Positions 10,301 through 18,873 are shown, counted from the first letter of the stretch. The stretch: DNA of 43,672 nt from an uncultured Prevotella sp. (GCA_905373605.1 CAJPTO010000001.1:1-43672), one strand, 5' to 3'. Program-made: numbers and translations. Notes: a model not told the origin generated them from the sequence alone.

Positions 10301-10753
10301 GCGTCCTTCTAACATACGCGAGAGGTCGGCTATACCTTCCAGTTTGATGTCGTTCATCTTAACCGAAGTGGCCGCTCCGGTGTACACGCGGTTACGAATG
10401 TTCTGATAACCAGTTACAACCACCTCGTCCATCATTCGGCTGTCGGCCTTGAGAACGATGGTCATGGGTGTTGATAGGGCTTTCGTTCGCAGCGTTTGCA
10501 TGCCCACATAGCTCACTTGCAGCATGTGTCCGGGGGCGATTTCGAGCGAAAAACGGCCGTCGATGTCGGTCACAGCGCGCGCCTTTGTGCCTGTGGCTTG
10601 CACCAAAGCACCCACAAGCGTTTCGCCTTGTTCGTTCTTCACCGTACCCGTTATGGTGCTTTCGGTTTGCGCCAAGGCCATTTGCAGGCAGGCCAAGAGC
10701 GCAAGGCAGAGGGCGAATGTTTTCTTAAAGGGAGATGATATGTTTGTCGTCAT
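7370..10753 (-). CDS. susC: SusC/RagA family TonB-dependent outer membrane transporter
   Basis: 1127 aa; N-terminal carboxypeptidase-regulatory-like domain; DEVVVTGY; LKDASATSVYGARALNGVIVVTTKSG; NRDLTWEK; C-terminal LNLGF. Confidence 0.97.
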   Translation of the reverse strand: MTTNISSPFKKTFALCLALLACLQMALAQTESTITGTVKNEQGETLVGALVQATGTKARAVTDIDGRFSLEIAPGHMLQVSYVGMQTLRTKALSTPMTIVLKADSRMMDEVVVTGYQNIRNRVYTGAATSVKMNDIKLEGIADLSRMLEGRVAGLSIQNISGTFGSAPRINIRGGASIIGNVQPLWVIDGVVYEDLVHLNLDQLASGDAATLVGSAVAGLNPADIEDIQVLKDASATSVYGARALNGVIVVTTKSGKRETPLRVSYATENSIRMKPRYSQFDLLNSQETMALYQEMNDKGYFGLRNALYGRRAGVYHELYRGLSTIDPTTGRYQIANTPEARNAFLREREYANTDWFDLLFTLNPTTNHSLTFAGGGKNVATYASVGFYHDSGWTIADKVSRLTANIKSTFYINEKMRATLSAQGNIRSQKAPGTMPQRKNHTLGVFERDFDINPFSYALGTSRTLRPYNADGSLAYYRNNWAPFNILNEYANNKTHVDVLDFKLQAEGSYQLTTDLAVKALFSARRANTVTTHEVDEGSNVVQAYRANDNPTVAQENIYLVRDKDNPLLQPKVGLTHGGLFNRTETSMTSFLARLALDFDKRMGQHDFKAFAFTEVRAANRSNQPFQGYGIQYGRGNQVYTNPLIFDKLTNEGNSYFGLHKRNERGVNFSLNGTYGYAGRYVFNFVLNTEGSNSSGRGARALWLPTWNVGAKWNIDQEKFLKNHAWISRLALRASYGLTAKMNEEAINANAVYQSGIVNRYHFNNRENKLNIKHLENRDLTWEKMYELNLGIELGMFNNRISATIDLYQRNTFDLIDLVRTSGVGGQYYKYANFGDMRTRGVELGLHTKNIVADKFSWTTSLTLSAMHQKITRLLNTPNAFDMVAGRGRGNIVGYPKGSLFSYNFQGLDGNGLPTFNFGRYPSSQNAYAKNAGADFLDTQYAKSYLIYHGPIEPQVLGGLNNTFKLGAWELSFFLTMQAGNKIRLNPTFDPDFADLNVFSKEYYNRWLNPGDELRTDVPTLPSQELIAKVGKENIEKAYNTYNFSQNRVADGSFVRMKNISLGYTCTPALLKKLHLHAASLRLNVTNPFLIYADSKLKGQDPEYYRTGGVSLPTPRQFTATLNLGF

Positions 10754-10791
10754 AAGTCTTTTTGCCTATACAGATGGGGTTTGCGTTGTGG

Positions 10792-13050
10792 TTAGAGGTG
10801 CCAAAGCACGCCGCCATAGATGCCAAGTGGGTGTCCGGCGCGAAGCCCCGATGGGTGGCGCGACACCAAATACACCTTGTTGGTGAGGTTGATGGCATTA
10901 AGCGTGAGGGTGATTTGGCGGTTGATGTGGCCTTTAAGCGAAGCATCTACGATGGCATGTGCGGGAATTTTCTCGCGTTCGGCTATGCGTCCTTGTCCCG
11001 GTTGGGTGCGCATCGCCCCGTTAATGCGCAGGCCTATGTTGGCTTCAATGCGCTTATGCTCCACGCCAAGCTGGGCATTGAAGGCGTGCTTATATATATA
11101 AGGTATCTCGTCGCCATAGACAACGTCGCCCCACGACTCGCTACTGAAGGTGTTTTTCATCTTCGTGTCGGTGTAGGTGTACGACAGTTGCAGGGGCAAT
11201 TGCACGCTCCAATGGCGGGGTAGGGGTTGGTAATGCACCATCAGCTCCAGGCCTTTGACCACGGCTTTGCCCACATTAAACTGGTCGAGTGTGCCTTGTC
11301 CGCCTTGCGCAGCTAAGTCGCTGCCCAGCATGTTGTGGTAGTTGTTGTAAAAGCCGATGGCTTCTGCCTTGAGATTGTTGGTGGTAAGGCGCAAGCCTGC
11401 TTCGAAATTTACGCTGCTTTCGGCCTTTTGATAGAGGGTGGCACTGGGCGGAGCGAAGCCTTTATGTACGCCGCCGAAGGCCGAAAGCACGGGCAAGAAG
11501 CGGTAACTGAAGCCAAAGCCCGGTAAGAAAGCGCGTGCGTGGTTGGGCGTTTCGATGCGAACCATGCCCGTGCGGCGTGGGTCGGCGGCGGTATAATCAC
11601 GTTTCAGCAGGTCTACATCTTCGTATCGCAGGCCCAATGTTAGCGTAAGTGCATCCTTAGCCCATTTTGTTAGCGCGTAACCAGCCCATGCATGGGCGGT
11701 TGTTATGCGGTTGGCGTTGCTTCCGGGCAGGCCTGGAAGAAACAATTGCATTGTGCCTTGCTGCATGGAGTAGGCATCATCCTGCTGAAAGCGGTCTTCG
11801 CTGTCGGCATGATAGCGCAAACCGGCCTCGGCAGTGAAGTATCCGCCGAAGATACGTGTGCGATATTCGCCCTTGGACTGTATGCCGCGCGAGTGGTATT
11901 TGCGGTGATTGGCGCGCAACATCAGGGCTTCGCCCAGATAATCTTTTGCGCCAGTGAGGATGTCGAAGTAGTCTTTGTTGGTGTCGGGGTCGGTAAGTAC
12001 GTCGGCGATGGAACGTTTTTCGGGCTTGGTGTAGCCTGCTCTCACATCGTTAAGCTTGTACCAATTGCGGAAGAAACGGTTGTAATAGAGGTTGGTGGTT
12101 ATCTTCCACTTGTTGGCTTTCTCAATGATGTAGGTGCCAACCCATTGTGTATGGCGCGTGGTAAGTTGGTCGCGTTGTGCACCAGCATAGCGAAAGTAAG
12201 GCCGTAGGGCGAAATCGGCTCGCGAAAGACCAACGTAGGTCTCGTCGGAGGTTTCGTTGGCGAAGCCAAATTTAAGTTCAAAGAGGTGGTTCACTCCCTC
12301 TTCGTTGTCGGTTTGCGCCGAAACCTTGGCTATGAGGTCGTTGCGCTTAAAGCCCGTGCGGTTGTCTGGCTCGTCGCGACGAAAGCCTTTCGACTGGTAA
12401 CGCAGGTATTCCACCATGTAACCCACGTGCTTATGGCGGTTGCCAAAGCCTGCATAGCTCTTCAAAGTGTTGTAACTGCCATACGAAAGCTGTGCCTTAC
12501 CCCACATTCGCTGTGGAATGGGCGTTGAAACCATGTTGATGGCACCGCCTGTTGTGAAGGGTCCGTACTGCACTTGACTGCTACCTTTGAGCACTTCGAT
12601 GGCATACATGCGGGCGGCATTGGGGAAATAGTAGGCGGCAGGCGCGGCATAAGGTGCGGGAGCAGCCAATACGCCGTCTTCCATCAGCGAGATTCGCTCG
12701 CTTCGTTCGGCCTTCGTTCCGCGCAAACTGATGTTGGGGCGAAGCCCAAAGCCGTCTTCTTCGTACACGTTTACGCCGGGAACGCTCTTCAGCATGCGGT
12801 TGATGTCGGTGTAACCAAACTTGGCCAGCTCGGTGGGTGATAGGTAATAGGCCGAGCCCGTGCGGTTTCGAGCCTCGAACTTGCTGCCCAACATCTGGTT
12901 AGAACGCACCACCACCTCGCCAATGCGGTGCACCGAGTCGGTCATGGCCTTGCTCGTGGCCGTTTCTTGGGCGTGGGTTGGCATGCATAGGGCAAGCGAA
13001 AAGGCGGCAAATGCGCTGGTGAATAGCTTCCTGAATGTTTGTCGCATCAT
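10792..13050 (-). CDS. FecA-like TonB-dependent iron receptor
   Basis: 752 aa; VPGVNVYEEDGFGLRPNISLRG...RISLMEDGVLAAPAPYAAPAAYYFP plug motif of the FecA-like subfamily; barrel-type C-terminus. Confidence 0.9.
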   Translation of the reverse strand: MMRQTFRKLFTSAFAAFSLALCMPTHAQETATSKAMTDSVHRIGEVVVRSNQMLGSKFEARNRTGSAYYLSPTELAKFGYTDINRMLKSVPGVNVYEEDGFGLRPNISLRGTKAERSERISLMEDGVLAAPAPYAAPAAYYFPNAARMYAIEVLKGSSQVQYGPFTTGGAINMVSTPIPQRMWGKAQLSYGSYNTLKSYAGFGNRHKHVGYMVEYLRYQSKGFRRDEPDNRTGFKRNDLIAKVSAQTDNEEGVNHLFELKFGFANETSDETYVGLSRADFALRPYFRYAGAQRDQLTTRHTQWVGTYIIEKANKWKITTNLYYNRFFRNWYKLNDVRAGYTKPEKRSIADVLTDPDTNKDYFDILTGAKDYLGEALMLRANHRKYHSRGIQSKGEYRTRIFGGYFTAEAGLRYHADSEDRFQQDDAYSMQQGTMQLFLPGLPGSNANRITTAHAWAGYALTKWAKDALTLTLGLRYEDVDLLKRDYTAADPRRTGMVRIETPNHARAFLPGFGFSYRFLPVLSAFGGVHKGFAPPSATLYQKAESSVNFEAGLRLTTNNLKAEAIGFYNNYHNMLGSDLAAQGGQGTLDQFNVGKAVVKGLELMVHYQPLPRHWSVQLPLQLSYTYTDTKMKNTFSSESWGDVVYGDEIPYIYKHAFNAQLGVEHKRIEANIGLRINGAMRTQPGQGRIAEREKIPAHAIVDASLKGHINRQITLTLNAINLTNKVYLVSRHPSGLRAGHPLGIYGGVLWHL

Positions 13051-13224
13051 TGTTTTTGGGGATGTTTGCTTTTTCTGCTACTGCTTTTTTACCCGACAAC
13101 AAGGGGATGCTTGGACACATTACGCGCGCGATAATAGAGCGTATTAGCCCCTGCGCAGTGTCCTTTTAGCTTCGTTGTTGTTCCCGAATACCTTGTTTGT
13201 CAAGTAGATAACGTCAGTAAAACG

Positions 13225-13278
13225 AATAAGTAAATTATCGCTTATTTCTAAGTTTCTTTATTTTCGGCTGCAAAATTA
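13225..13278 (-). promoter_or_regulatory. Bacteroidota sigma-70 -7 promoter element for the iron locus, with an adjacent AT-rich inverted repeat (possible operator)
   Basis: TAATTTTG on the minus strand (13271-13278) matches TAnnTTTG; AATAAG-N10-CTTATT at 13225-13246 lies just downstream and contains GATAAT on the minus strand. Confidence 0.55.
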
Positions 13279-13703
13279 ATAAAAAATAACCTTTCTTGCA
13301 ATCACTATTTGTTGGTATTTAGCAGGTTTGTGCTTCCAATTCACGTTTGTAGCTGATGCAGGCTAGGGTTATTGTTGGCTATTGCTAGCTTGTGATTGGC
13401 TATTGCTTGGTTATGGCAAGTTGTTGTTTGCATTATTGAAAGGCGAATGTTTGGTTTTTCTGCTGCGATGCCATAGAGGTAGTGGGTGTCTGGCAGCTGC
13501 CGTACAAGTGTCTGACACGTGCCGTACACCTTAATCAAACACATCTATGGGCGTTTACTTCACAATCCAGATAATGAATAGGGATGAAATTGCCTTAATT
13601 TTAAAGCAAAAAGCTTGGCTACTATGGTTAGAACACCAACAAGTCAAGGCGTTTTGCCTATGTTTGGATGAATATGCTAAGCGTTTGTGCAGATTTGCCA
13701 AGC

Positions 13704-14264
13704 CTACTTCTGTTTCTTGCGGTTTACTATTGGCCTTAGTCTTGGTTTTTCCCAAAAGAAGTTCTTTATATGGCAGCGCAGGGATATTATCAACGTATCT
13801 GTTAGTACGGGCTTGCCCTCGCATAAGAGATAATTGCATGGTAAGATATACATGTTTATGCGGTTGAGGTCTACGTTATTGCCTGTTATGTTGATGGCCA
13901 GTCGTGCCTGGATGTCGCTGTTTTCAATGCTTGTGCGGTTGCTGATGTCGCCACTCGCCGTCTTATAGCTTTCGGCAGAGAGGAACGAAAGGCGTTCGTC
14001 GTCGAATGCAACTAACAGAGAGTCGGGGTCTATTTCGTAATTCCCCTTTAGGTCGAAATATAAATAGTTGAACGATTGGAAATAGAAGGATTTCACATTA
14101 ACCGTTCCGTTAGACGTTTGTATTGAGTGGGTGTTTGTGCCGTCGATAAAGCTTAATGTAGATGCAACGTCACACGATGCCAATAGCCACAAGCTAATGG
14201 CGAATAATGGGAGCGATAATAGGTATCTCACTTTGTTGACACCGCTGAATGGACATTTTTTCAT
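13704..14264 (-). CDS. Hypothetical lipoprotein
   Basis: 186-aa ORF with LASC lipobox; has its own TAnnTTTG element upstream. Confidence 0.7.
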   Translation of the reverse strand: MKKCPFSGVNKVRYLLSLPLFAISLWLLASCDVASTLSFIDGTNTHSIQTSNGTVNVKSFYFQSFNYLYFDLKGNYEIDPDSLLVAFDDERLSFLSAESYKTASGDISNRTSIENSDIQARLAINITGNNVDLNRINMYILPCNYLLCEGKPVLTDTLIISLRCHIKNFFWEKPRLRPIVNRKKQK

Positions 14265-14318
14265 AAGAAATTTTTGATTGTCTGTTACTGATGAAGTTGG
14301 GCAAGATTGTCTATTCTA

Positions 14319-14326
14319 CAAAGTTA
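14319..14326 (-). promoter_or_regulatory. -7 promoter element
   Basis: TAACTTTG on the minus strand, 55 bp upstream of the ATG at 14264. Confidence 0.55.
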
Positions 14327-14405
14327 GGATTTTTTTTGAGTTGATGAGCTTTTGAGTTTATAAATTTTTGAGGTTAACATTTTTTGAGAGGAACGTGTGC
14401 GAATG

Positions 14406-14490
14406 TCTTGTTAACTTGTGAACTAATAAACTTGTTAACTCGTCAACTTGTTAACTTGTTAACTCGTTAACTTGTAAACTCACAAACTAA
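14406..14490. repeat. Degenerate 8-bp tandem repeat (AACTTGTT/AACTCGTC type)
   Basis: aacttgtg-aactaata-aacttgtt-aactcgtc-aacttgtt-aacttgtt-aactcgtt-aacttgta-aactcaca visible directly. Confidence 0.8.
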
Positions 14491-14524
14491 AAGCCCCATG
14501 CATGCTCGTGATAAGCATGCATGG
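14489..14524 (-). terminator. Intrinsic terminator downstream of ferritin
   Basis: Perfect 11-bp stem CCATGCATGCT-N7-AGCATGCATGG followed on the minus strand by GGCTTTT. Confidence 0.65.
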
Positions 14525-14645
14525 AGTGTGGAAGATGTGTTGTTTTGCGGTTTGCTTTGTTGCTTAGCCTGTGGCTTGCACAGGCAAATTGAGGTTTGTG
14601 GAAGCAGCGTTTCAGCACTTTAGCCGCAAAAAAAACACGTGGCTT

Positions 14646-15158
14646 TTATGCCAAAGGCGTGGCAGGGTTGTAGGTGCGTTGACCCAGTTCCTTATCTATC
14701 ATGTAGATGCCATAGCCGTTGTCCTTAATCATTTTCAGGTTGTCGATGATGGTTTGCACGTTTTCTTCCTCTTCCACTTGCTCGTCGATGAACCATTTCA
14801 GCATGCTTTGCGTGGCATAATCGTTCTCTTCGGAGGTGAGTGCGAACAACTTGTTGATGCTCTCGGTGATGGATTGTTCGTGGCGCAGTGAGCTTTCGAA
14901 CACGTTTAGCACATCGTTCCACTCTGTGGGAACGGCATCGATGGGGCGAAGGTCTACCTTGCCGTTGCGCGAGATAACATAGTTGAAGAGTATTTTGGCG
15001 TGATCCTGCTCTTCCTTAAACTGCACTTCGAACCAATTCCCCATTCCGGGCTGTCCCTTTGCGTGACAATAGGCTGCCATTGACAGGTAAAGGTAGGCCG
15101 ACCACATCTCGGCGTTGATTTGTGCGTTGAGTGCTTCTTCGATTTTCTTCTTTAACAT
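14646..15158 (-). CDS. ftnA: Non-heme ferritin
   Basis: Start at MLKKKIEEALNAQINAEMWSAYLYLSM; ferroxidase motifs EEQDHA, HEQ, WFIDEQVEEE; 170 aa. Confidence 0.96.
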   Translation of the reverse strand: MLKKKIEEALNAQINAEMWSAYLYLSMAAYCHAKGQPGMGNWFEVQFKEEQDHAKILFNYVISRNGKVDLRPIDAVPTEWNDVLNVFESSLRHEQSITESINKLFALTSEENDYATQSMLKWFIDEQVEEEENVQTIIDNLKMIKDNGYGIYMIDKELGQRTYNPATPLA

Positions 15159-15451
15159 AATGCTTTTTGTATTTATAATAATGAATGTTTTGCTAAAATC
15201 TGAGTTGAAATAAATAAGAAACCACACCCCACCCCGTTTCTAAAGGGCTAGTGAAAGTGAAATGCGTTGTTGTTGACGAGCTAACAAGTTGGCTAGTTGA
15301 CGAGTTGGCAAGGTCGTTCCCATGCAGTTGGGAAGCTGCTGGCTTAGCTCGTAGGCTTCTCAATGCCGCCTTTTCTAGGTAATTAAAACAACAAAGATTG
15401 TGCCATTGTTGAGCGTGGCGCGAAGATAGCGTGGTGTACCTCCTCTTTTCC

Positions 15452-15889
15452 CTAAGTGTAATATAGTACGGAAACGATAACGGTTGCTGCAAAAAGCAAG
15501 ACCAGACTGGCTATATTGGCCTTAAACATGAACTTTGCATGGCGGTTGTGATGGGTGAAACTATACCAAAGCGAGTAGATGCACAGGCAGGACAGGGCCG
15601 ATGAGGGGTAGATTATTGCCTCTTGTTCATTATGTAGCAGGTATAATACGAATTTCCAGCCGCCAAAGCATAGAAAAACAAGGCATGAAATGGCGGAAAT
15701 GCACGTTACGAGTAGCACGGCAAATGGCAATGCCATTCTGTGGAATGCATTTGGTGGGCTAGTTTCGTAAGCGTGTTCTGCGGCTTTCTGATGCTTTTCA
15801 TGCTTTACGCATAGCAGAAATATTAAGACTGCGATGCAAACCCTAATGATATATAGTTTTTCAGTTGGATTAAGCATGGCTACTTGCAT
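15452..15889 (-). CDS. Small multi-pass membrane protein (paralog 3 of a tandem trio)
   Basis: About four hydrophobic segments; start at 15889 or 15877; similar to the two upstream ORFs. Confidence 0.65.
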   Translation of the reverse strand: MQVAMLNPTEKLYIIRVCIAVLIFLLCVKHEKHQKAAEHAYETSPPNAFHRMALPFAVLLVTCISAISCLVFLCFGGWKFVLYLLHNEQEAIIYPSSALSCLCIYSLWYSFTHHNRHAKFMFKANIASLVLLFAATVIVSVLYYT

Positions 15890-15920
15890 GGTTGAGCAGG
15901 GGTAATGGTTGTTTGTGTGT

Positions 15921-16350
15921 TCAACAGATGCGGTTGCCAAATGCGCCTGCTGCCAATATCAGAGCGATGTTTACCACATGCACCCAATACATAATGTTTG
16001 CACTGGTGTTGTAATGCCTTATGCTGTGAACCAACGACCATATGTATAATGTAATCCCGATTGTGGAAATGGCATACAATGCCACTGGATATCGAATGAA
16101 CAAGGATATGAATGACATCAGGCCGGGGAACTCTTCCTGGCTCGTGAGCCGCGAAATGCATCCCCCTGCTATTCCCAAAGAGAAGATGGCGAGGGAAACC
16201 GGCAGGATGAATACGTAGAGAACACGTTCCAACGCCGTATCGTAGGTTTGCTTTTTGCCTTTGCCCAGCTGTTTGCGCTGGCTGGAACCACAACAAGTTG
16301 GTGATAATGCTTATGGCGGCGATGAGAATCATTACTCTTTCTGAATCCAT
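15921..16350 (-). pseudogene. Frameshifted small membrane protein (paralog 2)
   Basis: N-terminus MDSERVMILIAAISIITNLLW (ATG at 16350) is in one frame; the homologous remainder SQRKQLGKGKKQTYDTALERVLYVFILP...MYWVHVVN is in another frame with stops just upstream. Confidence 0.6.
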
Positions 16351-16403
16351 GATAGGTTTGTTTTGAGGTTTAGGGAAAATGGTTTGCTTACGTGTCGCGT
16401 TTA

Positions 16404-16829
16404 TTATATGCCGCGAATGTCGGCGGTGATAACAATGATGCCAAACAAAACAGCGTTTATGATGTTTACCCAATACATGTAACCGGTGGAGGTGTTGCGG
16501 TAACTAGAATAGTGGAACAGCGCATAAGCATAAAGCAACGCTATGGGGATGGATATGTAAAAAAGGAAAGCTGGCACCAAAATGAGGAAAACCAGCCAGT
16601 CGTCACGGTTCTGGCCAGCGACCAGCAGTAAGCAATCTAAGAACAGAAACATGGCAACAACGGTTGTAACGAATGGCAGCACCCCCTCGTGCAAAACTTG
16701 TGGCCAATACTTGTCGTAGGTATACTCGTGGTAATCTTTGTAGGTTTTTCGTATATACGTGGCTTTCACGAGCGTGAAGACCAAAACAAGCAACAATAAA
16801 TTGAGCACTAATAATACATCATCCATCAT
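16404..16829 (-). CDS. Small multi-pass membrane protein (paralog 1)
   Basis: 141 aa with about four TM segments; shares TYD...VL...LP and NTS...MYWV motifs with paralog 2. Confidence 0.75.
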   Translation of the reverse strand: MMDDVLLVLNLLLLVLVFTLVKATYIRKTYKDYHEYTYDKYWPQVLHEGVLPFVTTVVAMFLFLDCLLLVAGQNRDDWLVFLILVPAFLFYISIPIALLYAYALFHYSSYRNTSTGYMYWVNIINAVLFGIIVITADIRGI

Positions 16830-16945
16830 TTTGCATCTTTTTTGTGGTGTCTGTTATGGTTTTGCGGCTAGATTACGTTGCGGTTTTGGGCTTTAGGCGG
16901 GTTATAAAAATGCAGCAAAGGCAGTTTCATAACCAGGCATATCGT

Positions 16946-17887
16946 TTACTTCTCATCCTCATCTTTCAGGCTAACGGCCAGTTGCATGCCCGGTCGCAAG
17001 CCGTCTGCCTTGTACACAGGGCGCAGTTGCATCTCCCACGTTTGTACATTCTCGTTGCCTTGCTTGTAGTTTTCAGAGTCAAGGAAGTCGAAGTTGGCCT
17101 TAAATCCCGACACACGCATGCGCATGTTCATGTTGAATGGCTTGCAAAACACCTGAATGGTGTCGCCTTCCTTGAATTGTGCCTTCTCCTTTCGGTTAAC
17201 CATCACGCTCCCCCACAGGTTTTCGAGCAATGCGATGCTCATCAGCGTGTTGCTAGCCGACAGCTGTTCGCCTCGCTTGACGTTTATTTCGCTCACTTCT
17301 CCCTCCACCTTGGTTACGATGGCGATGATTTGCGGGCCAGAAGAGTTGGTCTTCTCTGTCTTGAAGTTGTGCAACACCGCCTCGTAGTCGGCTTTAAACG
17401 AGAGTGTTTGCACCTGCAAGGCCTTGTATTCGCTGCATACGTTGTCGCGAAGGCGTGCGGGAGCCTTTCCGTTTAAGAACTTTTGTTGTATCTCGTTGTA
17501 GATGCGGGCGGCCTGTTCTTCAACAGCTTTGGCCTGTTGCCATCGGCCGTAGGCTCGGTCAACGGTTTTGTTCCCAGTGCGATACGGGTGCAAAGTGGTG
17601 GCCAATAGCTCGAGCGTGGCATCTTCGGGCAAGGGTGTGTCGTCGGTTCTGTATATGGCTAGCGTGTCGCCCACCTCCACATAGTCGCCTTCTTTCACCC
17701 TTATCTCCACCACCTTTCCCTTTTGTTGCACTTGCACCGAATATTGCAACACCTCCACTTGTCCGTCAATGGTTTTGGGAAGCGGGGTGTTCATGGTAAG
17801 TGCGGCTATGGCAACAGCAGCCGTTAGCACGATGAGAACCGCGCTAGCGATGATGATTTTGATTTTTAATTGCCGCTTCTTTTGCAT
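16946..17887 (-). CDS. HlyD family membrane-fusion (periplasmic adaptor) protein
   Basis: N-terminal TM; GKVVEIRVKEGDYVEVGDTL lipoyl half; helical hairpin; EGEVSEI; C-terminal GLRPGM. Confidence 0.85.
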   Translation of the reverse strand: MQKKRQLKIKIIIASAVLIVLTAAVAIAALTMNTPLPKTIDGQVEVLQYSVQVQQKGKVVEIRVKEGDYVEVGDTLAIYRTDDTPLPEDATLELLATTLHPYRTGNKTVDRAYGRWQQAKAVEEQAARIYNEIQQKFLNGKAPARLRDNVCSEYKALQVQTLSFKADYEAVLHNFKTEKTNSSGPQIIAIVTKVEGEVSEINVKRGEQLSASNTLMSIALLENLWGSVMVNRKEKAQFKEGDTIQVFCKPFNMNMRMRVSGFKANFDFLDSENYKQGNENVQTWEMQLRPVYKADGLRPGMQLAVSLKDEDEK

Positions 17888-17955
17888 GGTTTTGTTAAGG
17901 GTTGTGTGGTGATGCCTGCTAGTGGGCGATGCCTAGAGGCATTTTGTGCTACAAT

Positions 17956-18828
17956 TTACTTGAAAGCGAAGCTGCGCGAGCCAATCATGTTGCCGTCGGC
18001 AAAGATGCTTACCTGATATGTTCCGGCCACAAGTGCTTGCGAAACGTTCCAGAAGAGGCTCACGGGCGTTTCTTCTCCGTTGTATTCCACGCTGCGTTTC
18101 ATGGAGTATTGCAGTGTGCGGTTTTCGTAACTGAACGACCCGGCACCATTGAGCAGGTTTCCTGTGGGCGACATGATGCGCACATAGATGTCTTTAACGC
18201 CACTGGCAGCAGTCACGTTGCGTGTGATGTTGAAGCTCACTTGCAGCGTTGTGGCCTTTTCTATTTGGTCGGTAGACTTTCCGCGCTTGTTCTTGGCCAC
18301 CAATTGTATGCCCGTTGCATCAAGTTGTGCGGCGATGGCCACCCTTTCTGAGAGTGTTCGCTTCTCGCTGCTAAGGCCTTCAATCTGCCTTGTTGCGGCC
18401 TCATACTGCCCTTTTACGCGTGTGTTCTCTTGCGTAAGGTTGGCGTTCACCCTGTTAAGAGAGTCTATCTCCATCACGTAGCTTCGGATAACGGCGCGAA
18501 CGGTGGCCAGTTCTTTCTTCAGGCGTGTTATCTCGCGTGCGTCGGTGCTTTTTACTCGTCGCAGCTCGTCGAGCAATCGTTGTGTCTTTTCTTGTTCAGC
18601 GGTGAGTTGCGCCACGATGGAATCGTTGTTTATTTGCGTTTTCATCTCGCTGTATTGCTGTGCAAACTGCTGATACTCGTTTTCCATCTCCTTCTTGTCT
18701 ATCTCTGCCAGCTCTTTGATGGCGGCGTTTTCTTCCTTCTGTTTGTTGAGGTTGATGAAGAGATAAGCCGTTGCGCCGGCCAGAATTAGCACCACGATGA
18801 TGGTTGGTATCCAAATTTTCTTGTTCAT
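17956..18828 (-). CDS. Conserved Bacteroidota membrane-anchored coiled-coil protein
   Basis: N-terminal TM, long coiled coil (KKELATVRAVIRSYVMEIDSLN), C-terminal Ig-like domain (GTYQVSIFADG). Confidence 0.85.
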   Translation of the reverse strand: MNKKIWIPTIIVVLILAGATAYLFINLNKQKEENAAIKELAEIDKKEMENEYQQFAQQYSEMKTQINNDSIVAQLTAEQEKTQRLLDELRRVKSTDAREITRLKKELATVRAVIRSYVMEIDSLNRVNANLTQENTRVKGQYEAATRQIEGLSSEKRTLSERVAIAAQLDATGIQLVAKNKRGKSTDQIEKATTLQVSFNITRNVTAASGVKDIYVRIMSPTGNLLNGAGSFSYENRTLQYSMKRSVEYNGEETPVSLFWNVSQALVAGTYQVSIFADGNMIGSRSFAFK

Positions 18829-18865
18829 AGAGTCAATCGCTTATGTAGGGATTTGATTATATTTG

Positions 18866-18873
18866 CAAATTTA
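18866..18873 (-). promoter_or_regulatory. -7 promoter element
   Basis: TAAATTTG on the minus strand, 38 bp upstream of the ATG at 18828. Confidence 0.55.

Noticed and set aside
13341..13867. Short ORFs between the lipoprotein and the iron locus
   Set aside because: Mutually overlapping with no recognisable features; treated as intergenic or shadow ORFs
15880..16473. 197-aa ORF as one real gene
   Set aside because: It overlaps three better-supported coding segments; only its MDSERV... portion looks real, as the 5' part of the frameshifted paralog
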